From: Promethearchaeota archaeon | GTDB lineage: Archaea > Asgardarchaeota > Lokiarchaeia > Sigyniarchaeales > SOKP01 | Length of the DNA stretch: 64,000 bases | Direction: 5' to 3' | Assembly: GCA_019057865.1 (NCBI GenBank) | Contig: JAHLWP010000002.1 | Span: forward strand, 1-64,000 | In this document: piece after piece, positions 10,382 through 20,434 of the stretch | How positions within the stretch are numbered: position 1 is the stretch's first letter | Layout: the number at the start of each line of letters is the position of its first letter | The notes under the pieces: generated by a model | Database searches by the model: none | Seen by the model: only the letters and a program-made list of their open reading frames with translations | Told to the model about the DNA's origin: nothing | Position numbers and translations under genes: made by a program

Positions 10382-11014
10382 ATGGATTTTGAAAAATTAA
10401 CGGAACTTATTATTGAATTAGAAGTGGATGATATTGCTGATGCGGTAAAGGAAGCATTGGGTGAGGGGAAGGGTCCTTTTGAGGTTCTAGATGCATTAAC
10501 TAAGGGAATGGATGAAGTTGGGCGTCGATATGAAGAAAAAGATTATTATTTAACCGAATTGGTACTAGCAGGAGAAACTATGAAGGAAGCTTTTGCTGTT
10601 TTAAAACCAGCTTTAGCTGCTGTCAATAATTCACAAGAGAAAGTTAAAATAATCATTTGTACCGTAAAGGGAGATAATCATGATATTGGTAAAAATATAT
10701 TAGGATCTTTGCTCTTGAGCTCTGGTTTTGAAATTTATGACCTTGGAATGGATGTTGATGAAAAAGCAATTGTTCAGAAGGTTAAAGAAACAGGAGCAAC
10801 TATTATTGGATTAAGCTCGCTTCTTACGATGACTGTTGAACATATTAAAACAGTTCATGAAGCTTTAATAGATGCTGGTCTCCGTGATAAAGTTAAATTA
10901 ATAGTTGGGGGTGCTCCCTTAAATATGGAACTTGCTAAAAGACTTGGGGCTGATGATTTTGCGGATGATGCTGTGGAAGGTGTAAAACATATCAAGAAAT
11001 TAGCAGGCATGTGA
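10382..11014 (+). CDS. Corrinoid (B12-binding) methyltransferase protein, MtaC/MtbC-like
   Basis: B12 cap domain, GDNHDIGKN (DxHxxG), GLSSL, VGGAP. Confidence 0.9.
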   Translation: MDFEKLTELIIELEVDDIADAVKEALGEGKGPFEVLDALTKGMDEVGRRYEEKDYYLTELVLAGETMKEAFAVLKPALAAVNNSQEKVKIIICTVKGDNHDIGKNILGSLLLSSGFEIYDLGMDVDEKAIVQKVKETGATIIGLSSLLTMTVEHIKTVHEALIDAGLRDKVKLIVGGAPLNMELAKRLGADDFADDAVEGVKHIKKLAGM

Positions 11015-11285
11015 GAATTCTTTAACAATTTTTATTAATTTTATCTTTCCTCCTTAATATTTCAACTTTTACATTTTGGATTTATAAATTATAAAGAATC
11101 TTTTTTAAGTATTTTATATCTCTTCTATGATTTGTGGATATTTTAATTAAAATATAATGAGAAGATTTATACTCTTTTTGAATTGTTTATATCTCAAGAA
11201 TTAATCTAACTAAATTATCCTTTCTAATATAAGATTTTTAAAAAATATTTCAGAATAGAATAATAATTTAAAGGAGGTTTAAAAA

Positions 11286-11540
11286 TTGAGTGAGAAAGAT
11301 AATAACGAGATTGAATATGATGAAAAATTAGATACACGAGGTTTATTTTGTCCAGAACCTCTTTTTGAGGTTAGGAATTTAAGTGAAACCCTTGAAATAG
11401 GGCAATGTTTTAAAGTAATTGCTGATGATCCTGCTGCTGAGGAGGATCTTACGCGGTGGGCTAAGAGGACAGAGACACAATTAGTAGAATTTAGAAAGGA
11501 TGGGGATGATTTAATATTTTATTTTAAGAAAATAAAATAA
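11286..11540 (+). CDS. tusA: TusA/SirA sulfur carrier
   Basis: LDTRGLFCPEP, ADDPAAEED. Confidence 0.88.
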   Translation: MSEKDNNEIEYDEKLDTRGLFCPEPLFEVRNLSETLEIGQCFKVIADDPAAEEDLTRWAKRTETQLVEFRKDGDDLIFYFKKIK

Positions 11541-11555
11541 AAGAGATGAAAAAAA

Positions 11556-11915
11556 GTGGAAGAAAAACATATTATTTACGTTCAAACTAGTCATGATCCA
11601 GAAAGACAATATAGTCCTCTTGTGTTAGCTCAAACGGCTAAGGCAATGGATATTAAAGCTACTGTTTATTACTTAGGTACTGCTTTAAGGATATTAAAAC
11701 TTGGAGAGGCTGAAAAGATAAAACTTGGGGATTTTCCCAGTGTTAAAGAAATGATTGATAAAACACTAAATATGGGTATTGAAATATTAGTATGCGAAGC
11801 TTCAAAGCGAATGTTAGGTTGGGAAAAAGTGGAGCTCATTCCAGGTGTTAAAATTGTAGGAGCTGCAACTTTAAATGATTTAGTTTTAGATGCTGATGCA
11901 ACACAATGGTTTTAA
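11556..11915 (+). CDS. DsrE-family protein
   Basis: Size, GIEILVCEAS, IVGAATL; next to tusA. Confidence 0.8.
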   Translation: MEEKHIIYVQTSHDPERQYSPLVLAQTAKAMDIKATVYYLGTALRILKLGEAEKIKLGDFPSVKEMIDKTLNMGIEILVCEASKRMLGWEKVELIPGVKIVGAATLNDLVLDADATQWF

Positions 11916-11981
11916 TATTTGTTTAATTGAGATCATTATGCAAATTATTAATTAAAGAATTCGATAATTGAGGAGATAAAA

Positions 11982-13175
11982 ATGAGTATATATCTGGATT
12001 ATCAAGCAGCAAAACCGGTTGATGTGAGAGTAGTTTCAGAGATGACAATATACTTTAATAACAAGTTTGCTAATCCATCTTCTTTACATTGTGATGGGGA
12101 TGAAGCAACTGATGCATTAATTGAATCTCGCCAAAAAGTTGCTGATTTTATTAATGCTCCAAACGCATCAGATATAATCTTTACATCAAGTGCTACTGAA
12201 TCAAATAATCTAGCACTTATAGGTTCAGCAATGAGAAATAAAAAGAAAGGAAACCATTTAATTATTTCCGAGATTGAACATATTTCTATATTAAATATCG
12301 CTAAATATTTGGAACGTCAAGGTTTCAAGGTTAGTAGAGTTCCAGTAGATCAATTTGGAATTATTAGACTTGATAAATTGGAGAAATTAATAACTGATCA
12401 AACGCTTTTAATTTCAATCTCTACTGCGAGCAATGAGGTAGGATCTCTTCAACCAATAGAAGAAATTAATGAAATTGCGGCAAAGAAGAATATATTATTT
12501 CATACTGATGCTGTGGCTAGTGAAAGTGTTATTCCAATCGATGTACAAGAAGTATCTATAGATATGATGACATTATCTTCGAATGAAATTTATGGACCTA
12601 GGGGTGTTGGAGCATTTTATTTAAAAAAGGGCGTACGTGTCAATCCAATTATAATAGGTGGAGGACAAGAACGAGGAATAAGATCTGGTTCAGAAAATGT
12701 CCCTGGTATCGTCGGTTTTGCAAAAGCAGCTGAAATTATGAAAGCAGAAATTAAAACTGAAGCATTAAGATTAAAAAATATGAGAGATAAACTAATTAAG
12801 GAAATATTAAATAAAGTTCCTAATTCTTATTTAAATGGACATCCTGAAAAACGCCTTCCTAATAATGCACATTTTAGATTTGATTATATTGAAGGAGAAT
12901 CATTGATATTATCCTTAAAAGATCAAAAAATAGCTGCTGCCACCGGTTCTGCATGTTCATCAAAAACATTAGAACCATCTCATACATTAATTTCAATGGG
13001 TTTATTACACGAAGAAGCTCATGGTAGTTTATTATACACACTAGGCAGATTTACAAAAGAAGCTGATGTTAATAAAGCAATAGAAGTTTTACCTGGAATC
13101 GTTAAACGATTACGATTATTATCTCCTTTAACACCTCCTGAATTAATAAAAAAGTATAATGAGGTGAATGATTAG
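11982..13175 (+). CDS. iscS: Cysteine desulfurase (IscS/NifS type)
   Basis: IYLDY, NPSSLH, GGGQERG.RSG, TGSACSS catalytic Cys; the usual PLP-Lys motif SxHK reads SSNE here. Confidence 0.85.
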   Translation: MSIYLDYQAAKPVDVRVVSEMTIYFNNKFANPSSLHCDGDEATDALIESRQKVADFINAPNASDIIFTSSATESNNLALIGSAMRNKKKGNHLIISEIEHISILNIAKYLERQGFKVSRVPVDQFGIIRLDKLEKLITDQTLLISISTASNEVGSLQPIEEINEIAAKKNILFHTDAVASESVIPIDVQEVSIDMMTLSSNEIYGPRGVGAFYLKKGVRVNPIIIGGGQERGIRSGSENVPGIVGFAKAAEIMKAEIKTEALRLKNMRDKLIKEILNKVPNSYLNGHPEKRLPNNAHFRFDYIEGESLILSLKDQKIAAATGSACSSKTLEPSHTLISMGLLHEEAHGSLLYTLGRFTKEADVNKAIEVLPGIVKRLRLLSPLTPPELIKKYNEVND

Positions 13176-13974
13176 AATGAAATCCACACAATATTCTGAA
13201 AAAGTGTTAGACCATTTTAGAAATCCAAGAAATGTTGGAGTGATAGAAAAACCAGATGGGTATGGTAAAGTTGGAAATCCCGTTTGCGGAGATTTAATGG
13301 AAATTTTCATTAAAGTGGGTAAAAATACTGCAGGAGAAGAAGTAATTGATAATGTTAAATTTAGAACTTTTGGATGCGGGTCTGCAGTTGCTACATCCTC
13401 AATGGTAACCACAATGGCTAAAGGGATGAAAGTTGATGATGCTTATAAAATAACCAGAAATGATGTGGCTGATGAATTAGAAGGATTACCTCCGATAAAA
13501 ATGCATTGTTCAAACTTGGCGGCTGATGCCTTAAAAGCGGCTATAGATAATTATAGAACAAAAGCAGACCCATATGTTGAAATTGAGGCTAGAGCGTGCT
13601 CAGTACCAGATATTAAAATAATTCTTGGTGAGGATGAGTTTCTTGGAAAAGGTGTTTATAAGAAAGTTGATGATTTGTCTAAATTTAATGGAAAAAGAGT
13701 TTTAGTGTTAGATACTGGAGATAAATCTTTAGAACTCTCTATTGAATTAACTAAACATACTGGAAGAGTTGTTGTGTTAACCTCTGCTAAAACAACACCT
13801 GGCTCAGAAGAATTAAAGAAAAAATTGAAATTATCAGATGTTAAAATCTTACATGAATCAGAGTTATTAGAAATTCAAGGTACTGATGATGTTGAAAAAG
13901 TTATAATTCATGATTTTGATGAAGATGATAAATATGAATTATTCGTCGATACAGTAATCCTACTTGAAGTTTAA
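13168..13974 (+). CDS. iscU: IscU/NifU Fe-S scaffold fused to a degenerate TrxB-like Rossmann domain
   Basis: YSEKVLDHF.NPRNVG, GNPVCGD, FGCGSA, LPPIKMHCS; C-terminal GEDEFLGKGV...GKRVLVL...LLEIQG. Confidence 0.88.
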   Translation: MIRMKSTQYSEKVLDHFRNPRNVGVIEKPDGYGKVGNPVCGDLMEIFIKVGKNTAGEEVIDNVKFRTFGCGSAVATSSMVTTMAKGMKVDDAYKITRNDVADELEGLPPIKMHCSNLAADALKAAIDNYRTKADPYVEIEARACSVPDIKIILGEDEFLGKGVYKKVDDLSKFNGKRVLVLDTGDKSLELSIELTKHTGRVVVLTSAKTTPGSEELKKKLKLSDVKILHESELLEIQGTDDVEKVIIHDFDEDDKYELFVDTVILLEV

Positions 13975-14200
13975 TCAATAAATAAGGTTTTTTTAAGTTT
14001 TGATTTCTTACTTTTTTTAACTATTTTTTGAATCAGTTCTAAATTATGAATTAAAATAATTTATGATTATGAACTTTAATAAATAACAATTTTAATTTAC
14101 AACAATGATTTTTAAAAGAAAATTAAGTTTATTCTTAATAAGAAGTAAAGCATAAATAATACAAACTAATTTTAGAATAAATTCATAGGTTGATGATTAC

Positions 14201-16588
14201 ATGACTCGTGTCGTAATTATTGGGGGTGTTGCTGGAGGAGCTTCTGCTGCTGCACGATTAAGGCGTTTAAGAGAAGAATTTAAAATCATAATGTTGGATA
14301 GGGGACCTTATGTATCATTTGCAAATTGTGGTTTACCATATTATGTTGGAAATATCATAAAAGACAGAGAGTCTTTAGAATTGGTTACACCAGAGAGGTT
14401 CCTAGAAAGGTTCAATATTGACGTCAGAGTTAATAATGAAGTAACTTCAATAGATAAAGATAAAAAAAGAGTTCAAGTCAGAGATTTAAAAGATTTAAAA
14501 GATTATTCTTTGGAATATGATTATTTGATCCTGGCAACTGGCTCGACTCCTATTGTGCCATCTTTTGAGGGTCTTGATAATGTACCATATTTTACAGTTT
14601 GGACCATCCCGGATGCTGTAAAAATAAAAGATTATGTTGAGAAATATCATATAAAAAATGCTGTTATCGTTGGTGGCGGTTTTATTGGATTAGAGATGGC
14701 AGAAAACTTAGTTGAGAAAGGCGTTAAAGTAAAAATAGTGGAAATGCTAGATCAAGTAATGCCACCTATAGATAAGGAAATAGCGCAATTTATTCATCAA
14801 GAATTAATATTAAATGGAGTTTGTCTCTTTTTAGAAGATCCTGTAGATTCCTTTGGAAGAACTGAAGCTGAAAAACCTTTTGTTAAAACCAAAAGTGGTC
14901 GTATTATCGAAACAGATCTCATAATTTTATCAATAGGTATTAGACCAGAAAGTAAGTTGGCTAAAGAAGCAGATTTAGAATTAACAGAGAGAGGTTACAT
15001 GAAGGTTAACCGTGGTATGCTAACATCTGATCCCAGTATTTATGCTGTTGGAGATGCTATTCAAGTCCAGCATTATCAAACGAATCAACCAATATCTATA
15101 GCTTTAGCAGGTCCAGCAAATAAACAAGGGAGAATTGCGGCAGAAAATGTTGCTGGAAGGAGCTTAGAGTATAAAGGAATTTTGGGAGCATCAGTAGTTA
15201 AAATTTTTGATATCACCGTTGCTTCTACAGGATTAACAGAAAAACAACTAAAAAGTACAGCTATTAAATATGAAAAAATATATATTCATCCGAACAATCA
15301 TGCTGGTTACTATCCAGGTGCTATACCAATAACGATTAAATTAATTTTCGAGGTACCGAGTGGTAAAGTCCTTGGAGCTCAAGCTGTTGGAGGTCCAGGT
15401 ACAGATAAAAGAATTGATGTCATCTCCACTGTAATTAAGTTTGGTGGGACAGTTTTTGACTTGGAAGAATTAGAATTAACTTATGCTCCTCCGTATGGTT
15501 CTGCAAAAGATCCAGTAAATATGGCTGGATTCGTTGCTGCAAATTATCTTAGAGAGGACATGCCTATTTGGCATTGGCATGATATTGATGAAGTTAAAAC
15601 TAATGGAGGAATTTTATTAGATGTTAGAACAAAAGAAGAATATGCAGCTAGGACCATCGAGGGCTCAATGAACATACCAATTGAAGAATTAAGAATACGA
15701 TTAGGTGAAATCCCTAATAATGGGCCGATCTACGTCTATTGCGAAGTAGGATATAGAAGTTATTTAGCTACTAGGATTCTTTTACAAAGTGGATTTAAAG
15801 AAGTTTATGAATTAACCGGAGGATTTAAAATTTTTGAAATGGCAAATGCTACTACAGAAGAAATAATGGCCGCATGTGGAGGATCTGAAAACGTTATCGA
15901 AGAATTTGTACATGAAAAAGCTACTGAAACAAAAAATTATGTAGAGGTTGATGCTTGTGGATTATCCTGTCCAGGACCTCTCAATGCATTAATCAAATCA
16001 CTTGATACATTACCTGAAAATAAAAAATTAAAAATCTATGCTACTGACCCTGGATTTAAATCTAGTGTTGAGGCCTATTCTAAATTAAATGAAGGTGTAA
16101 AATTATTACATCTTGGAAAAGAAGAAGGGAAGTTGGTAGCTACTTTAGAAAAAGTTCAACCCACTATAGAAGTTGCACCTACTGTTAGAAAGAAAACTAG
16201 AAAAGAATTAAGACGTCCTGATGCACCTCCAATTTCAGATATTATTGTTGATGAATTATATCAACGCCTTGATACTGAGGATGAACCACCACTCTTAATT
16301 GATGTTCGAACTCGCCAGGAATATTATGGTTCAGGGGGTCACATAAAGAATTCCAAATTAATTCCCTTAGGAGAATTATTAGATAATACAGATGTCATAA
16401 AAGATTATAAGAATGAAGAAATGGTTGTAATTTGTCATTCCGGTTCACGCTCTATGATGGCAGCACAAATATTAGCACAAGCAGGATTCAAAGATGTTAG
16501 AAATCTCTTAGGGGGAATAATGACATGGCACCGAAAAGGTTATCCCGTAAAACTAGAAGAAGAAAGAATGGTAGGAACCTTTTATTAA
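14201..16588 (+). CDS. CoA-disulfide/persulfide reductase (Npsr/Cdr-like) with rhodanese-TusA-rhodanese extension
   Basis: GGVAGG, SFANCGLPY, YAPPYG; rhodanese YCEVGYRS; TusA DACGLSCPGP; second rhodanese ICHSGSRS. Confidence 0.88.
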   Translation: MTRVVIIGGVAGGASAAARLRRLREEFKIIMLDRGPYVSFANCGLPYYVGNIIKDRESLELVTPERFLERFNIDVRVNNEVTSIDKDKKRVQVRDLKDLKDYSLEYDYLILATGSTPIVPSFEGLDNVPYFTVWTIPDAVKIKDYVEKYHIKNAVIVGGGFIGLEMAENLVEKGVKVKIVEMLDQVMPPIDKEIAQFIHQELILNGVCLFLEDPVDSFGRTEAEKPFVKTKSGRIIETDLIILSIGIRPESKLAKEADLELTERGYMKVNRGMLTSDPSIYAVGDAIQVQHYQTNQPISIALAGPANKQGRIAAENVAGRSLEYKGILGASVVKIFDITVASTGLTEKQLKSTAIKYEKIYIHPNNHAGYYPGAIPITIKLIFEVPSGKVLGAQAVGGPGTDKRIDVISTVIKFGGTVFDLEELELTYAPPYGSAKDPVNMAGFVAANYLREDMPIWHWHDIDEVKTNGGILLDVRTKEEYAARTIEGSMNIPIEELRIRLGEIPNNGPIYVYCEVGYRSYLATRILLQSGFKEVYELTGGFKIFEMANATTEEIMAACGGSENVIEEFVHEKATETKNYVEVDACGLSCPGPLNALIKSLDTLPENKKLKIYATDPGFKSSVEAYSKLNEGVKLLHLGKEEGKLVATLEKVQPTIEVAPTVRKKTRKELRRPDAPPISDIIVDELYQRLDTEDEPPLLIDVRTRQEYYGSGGHIKNSKLIPLGELLDNTDVIKDYKNEEMVVICHSGSRSMMAAQILAQAGFKDVRNLLGGIMTWHRKGYPVKLEEERMVGTFY

Positions 16589-16711
16589 TCAAAACTTATC
16601 GATTTTTTTATTTAAAATAAGTGTAAAAGTTATAATTAGGGTAAAATAATTTAAATCAAAAATATTCATTTATTACGAAATTTCCAAATTACAATTAGGA
16701 GGTTAAAAATT

Positions 16712-17302
16712 ATGAAAGAAACTGCTAAAAAATTATATACCGCATATGTTGGAGAATCCCAAGCAAGAAATCGATATAATTATTTTTCTAAAATTGCGAA
16801 AAAAGAAGGAATGGTATTAGTATCTAAAATTTTTGACGAAACGTCAGATCAAGAGAAGGAACATGGTAGCTGGTTTTATAAAATGCTGCAACTGTTCAAA
16901 AAGGAAGAACCATTTGATGAAATGAAAGTACTCCCTGATGCAGAATTTCCAACAACCCATGGAACCACAATTGAAAATCTAAAATCTGCGATAGCAGGTG
17001 AAAACATGGAATGGCAAACATTATACCCTGATATAGTTGAAACTGCTGAAAAAGAGGGGTATCCTGACATTGCCAAAAGAGTACGTGCAATTATGAAGGC
17101 AGAAAAACATCACTCTGAGAGATATGGGAAACTTCTTAAGTTGGTTGGTGATGATTCTTTCTTCAAACGTGGCAAAAAAGTTGTCTGGGTTTGTATGGAA
17201 TGCGGTTATGAAGTAGAAATGGATGAATTACCAGAAAATTTCGTATGTCCATCTTGTGATCATCCTAGAGCATACTATAGAAAGAAATGTGAGGATTTCT
17301 AA
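16712..17302 (+). CDS. rbr: Rubrerythrin
   Basis: GESQARNRY, EKEH, EKHH, C-terminal CMECG...CPSC. Confidence 0.92.
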   Translation: MKETAKKLYTAYVGESQARNRYNYFSKIAKKEGMVLVSKIFDETSDQEKEHGSWFYKMLQLFKKEEPFDEMKVLPDAEFPTTHGTTIENLKSAIAGENMEWQTLYPDIVETAEKEGYPDIAKRVRAIMKAEKHHSERYGKLLKLVGDDSFFKRGKKVVWVCMECGYEVEMDELPENFVCPSCDHPRAYYRKKCEDF

Positions 17303-17393
17303 AAAAACTACTATATTTTTAATTTAAAATCAAAATGATTAAATATTAAATTAAATGAAATAAAAACAACAATATTTTCTAAGTGAGGGTATT

Positions 17394-17783
17394 ATGAAAC
17401 GAAAAGATATATATAAATGTGAAATTTGTGGAAAAGTAATTGAAATTCTTAATCCAGCAGCACCCGAAACAATCTGTTGCGGTAAATCTATGAAATTAAT
17501 GGAAGCAAATTGGAAAGAATGGAAGCTAGAGAAACATGTTCCAAAGATCACAATTGAGGGCAATAAAGTAACTGTTGATGTTGGTATCTCAATGGGAACG
17601 CCTCATCCAATGACAATGGAACATTGGATTATGTGGGTTGAGATAATGTGCAAAGATGGTTGCTACGAAAGGAGATTTTTAAATCCTGGAGATGAGCCTA
17701 AAGCAACTTTTACTGTTGCAAATCCAGAGGGTCTCATAGCTCGGGAGTATTGCAATCTCCATGGATTATGGATATCCGAGTAA
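17394..17783 (+). CDS. dfx: Desulfoferrodoxin / superoxide reductase
   Basis: CEICG...CCG, EKHVP, HPMTMEHWI, YCNLHG. Confidence 0.92.
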   Translation: MKRKDIYKCEICGKVIEILNPAAPETICCGKSMKLMEANWKEWKLEKHVPKITIEGNKVTVDVGISMGTPHPMTMEHWIMWVEIMCKDGCYERRFLNPGDEPKATFTVANPEGLIAREYCNLHGLWISE

Positions 17784-17897
17784 TCATTCTAATAAATTAA
17801 CCTTTCTTTTTTTTTATTATTTAAAAATTTAAAGTCTAGTTTTAATTCAGACACTTATAAATATTTAATGAACTGAACTTATTTAGAAATACTATTT

Positions 17898-19253
17898 ATG
17901 TTAATTTATTTACAAATTTTTGTTATATGTTGTTTTATTGTCGTTATTATTGCCCTATTTCGTGAGAAAACAGATTTTTTAACATATAGCATCGCAGCTA
18001 TGCTTGCAGCAGCCACAGCAACATTTCTTTTTTCACCAGAATCCTTCTCTATTGATGAATTTATTCTAGCAATAGATTGGCCCGTTATTTTCTTCTTAAT
18101 TTCTTTATTTACGATAGTTGTTATTTTAGAGGAACAGTTAATTTTTCAAGAAATAGCTTTAAGAATTACTAGAAAATTTAGTACAAATACTCGAAAGTTT
18201 TTTTGGGTAATTTGCTTAATTTCAACCTTGAGTGCTGCGTTTATTGAAGATATTTCAGTAGCTATTATTTTCATTCCCATGATTATTAGTACAAGCGAAA
18301 AGATGAGAATTAATCCTACTCCAATACTTCTAGGAATGACTATTTGTATTAATCTTGCCTCAACTCTAACTCCATTTGGGTCTGCGGAGAATATATTAAT
18401 AGCAAACAAGTTTATGCTTTCAACCAGCTGGTTTTTTACAAATTTAGCAGTATATTTTATTATTGGTACATTGCTGACTTTATTTCTTTTAGATTATTTT
18501 ATTCTTAGAAAACATTTAAAAGATATTTGGGTTCCACATTGTGAAGAATATGAAGAACCATTAGAAAGTGAACACTTAGAAGAACATGAGTTAATAATCT
18601 TGGAAGAGTCTATTAATCCTAAGATATTTTATCGTAATTTAAGTACTTTATTCATTTTTTTCATATTATTAATTTTCATTCCAGACATTTTATTTGTAGG
18701 GCTTTTAGGAATGCTATTATTTGTATTTATTAATCCTCGTAGGGGAGAAGCTGGCAGAAAGAAACCAGACATTTCTTATTACTTTACTAAAGTAGATTTT
18801 AAACTGCCTTTCTTTTTTATAAGTTTATTTGTTTTGGTGTTCTGTTTTGACAAAGTAGGGCTTATCGGTATTATTGAAGATTTTGTAGTAACAATTTCTC
18901 CAAATAATCTTTTCTTACTATGCATTTTCGTCTTAGTTATAACATCTATTCTTTCAGGATTTCTCGATAACCTTCCTGTTACAGTTCTTTTTATCCCAGT
19001 CATACAAGTTTTAATAGCTTCTGGTTTTTCATCAATTCCATTGTTAATAGCATTCATTTTAGGGATAAATTTAGGAGGGAACTTTTTACCCCAAGGCTCA
19101 GCAGCAGATATGATGACCCTCGAACTATCTACAAAATATTGCGTAGATGGGATGAATTATAAAAAACTGCTAAAGATTGGCGGTATTTTTGCCTTATTTC
19201 ATATAATTCTTGGTATTGGATATTTAGCATTAATTATTTTTATCTTCTTTTAA
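17898..19253 (+). CDS. ArsB/NhaD (SLC13-like) permease
   Basis: LSAAFIED, NLASTLTPFGSAEN, NLGGNFLPQGSAA, many TM helices. Confidence 0.8.
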   Translation: MLIYLQIFVICCFIVVIIALFREKTDFLTYSIAAMLAAATATFLFSPESFSIDEFILAIDWPVIFFLISLFTIVVILEEQLIFQEIALRITRKFSTNTRKFFWVICLISTLSAAFIEDISVAIIFIPMIISTSEKMRINPTPILLGMTICINLASTLTPFGSAENILIANKFMLSTSWFFTNLAVYFIIGTLLTLFLLDYFILRKHLKDIWVPHCEEYEEPLESEHLEEHELIILEESINPKIFYRNLSTLFIFFILLIFIPDILFVGLLGMLLFVFINPRRGEAGRKKPDISYYFTKVDFKLPFFFISLFVLVFCFDKVGLIGIIEDFVVTISPNNLFLLCIFVLVITSILSGFLDNLPVTVLFIPVIQVLIASGFSSIPLLIAFILGINLGGNFLPQGSAADMMTLELSTKYCVDGMNYKKLLKIGGIFALFHIILGIGYLALIIFIFF

Positions 19254-19277
19254 AAAATTGAGGTTATAGATTGCCAA

Positions 19278-19829
19278 ATGAGGAAAAATAAAGCGATTTT
19301 TTTAGATAGAGATGGTACAATAATTGAAGACAAAAATTATGCCTATAAAATTGAAGATTTAGAACTTTTACCAGGAGTAATAGATGGTTTGAAATTATTA
19401 CAGAAGGACTTCATTTTTTTCATAATAACAAATCAATCCGGGATTGGAAGAGGTTATTATACCGTGGAGGATTTTCATAAATTTAACAATCATCTAATTA
19501 AGGAATTAAAAGAATACAGCATTAAAATAGAAAAGACTTATTTTTGCCCACATTTAAAGGAAGATAATTGTGAGTGTAGAAAACCAAAAACAAAATTCAT
19601 TGATACAATAGTATCTGATTATAATATAGATATTAAAAATTCTTGGATGATTGGCGATCACCCTTCAGATGTTCTCTGTGGTATTAATGCAGGATGCAAA
19701 ACATTTTTTCTTTTAACGGGACACGGTCGAGAACACATTCAAGATTTAGAAATGAATGGAATTTCTCCAAATATCATAACAAACAATTTCTTGAAAGCAG
19801 CAAAAGAAATAATTAAAGAATTTAAATAA
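19278..19829 (+). CDS. HAD-IIIA phosphatase (GmhB/HisB-N-like)
   Basis: FLDRDGT, TNQSGIGRG, CPH...C.CRKP, MIGD. Confidence 0.88.
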   Translation: MRKNKAIFLDRDGTIIEDKNYAYKIEDLELLPGVIDGLKLLQKDFIFFIITNQSGIGRGYYTVEDFHKFNNHLIKELKEYSIKIEKTYFCPHLKEDNCECRKPKTKFIDTIVSDYNIDIKNSWMIGDHPSDVLCGINAGCKTFFLLTGHGREHIQDLEMNGISPNIITNNFLKAAKEIIKEFK

Positions 19830-19945
19830 CTATTTCAAATTAAAAAAAAAAGTATCTTAATTTTATTAAGAGATTAGTATAAAAGGGTAAATTATTATTA
19901 AACTATTTAAAAAAGAATAAAATAATTTTGGTATAAGAGTACTTT

Positions 19946-20416
19946 ATGCTTATTAAAAAATTAAATAATGCTACTTTATGGTATAAAATCCAGAAATTGA
20001 GAGAAATTATTAAGTCAATGGACAATTTTAAAGAAAGAAAATGTTGGAGTTGCAGCAAAGAATTAAATATTTATGATTTTTTAAGCGACAATGTTGATCT
20101 TACTTTAGAGTATTTATTAAAACTATGGCAAACAGATTTAGTTGAATTTCACTGTTGTGAATGTTTTAAAAATCTTAAGATCCAAGAATTAGAAAGGTTT
20201 AATTCCCATATAAGCATAAGAAACTGTTCATTTTGTAATAAACCATTAAATATTTATGAGTATAGTAAATATTATAATTATTTAAAAATAGGAGAATTAA
20301 AGTCTATTTGGTTCGACGAAAATCATAAGATTTTTTGCAATAAAATATGCTTAAGAAGATTCTATAAAATAAAGGGTATTTCTCCAACAAGATTAAAAAA
20401 AAATAGTAAAAATTAA
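19946..20416 (+). CDS. Hypothetical tandem zinc-finger protein
   Basis: Two repeats of CxxC..LNIY..F...W.....F.C..C. Confidence 0.7.
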   Translation: MLIKKLNNATLWYKIQKLREIIKSMDNFKERKCWSCSKELNIYDFLSDNVDLTLEYLLKLWQTDLVEFHCCECFKNLKIQELERFNSHISIRNCSFCNKPLNIYEYSKYYNYLKIGELKSIWFDENHKIFCNKICLRRFYKIKGISPTRLKKNSKN

Positions 20417-20434
20417 ATGATTTATTATATAAAT

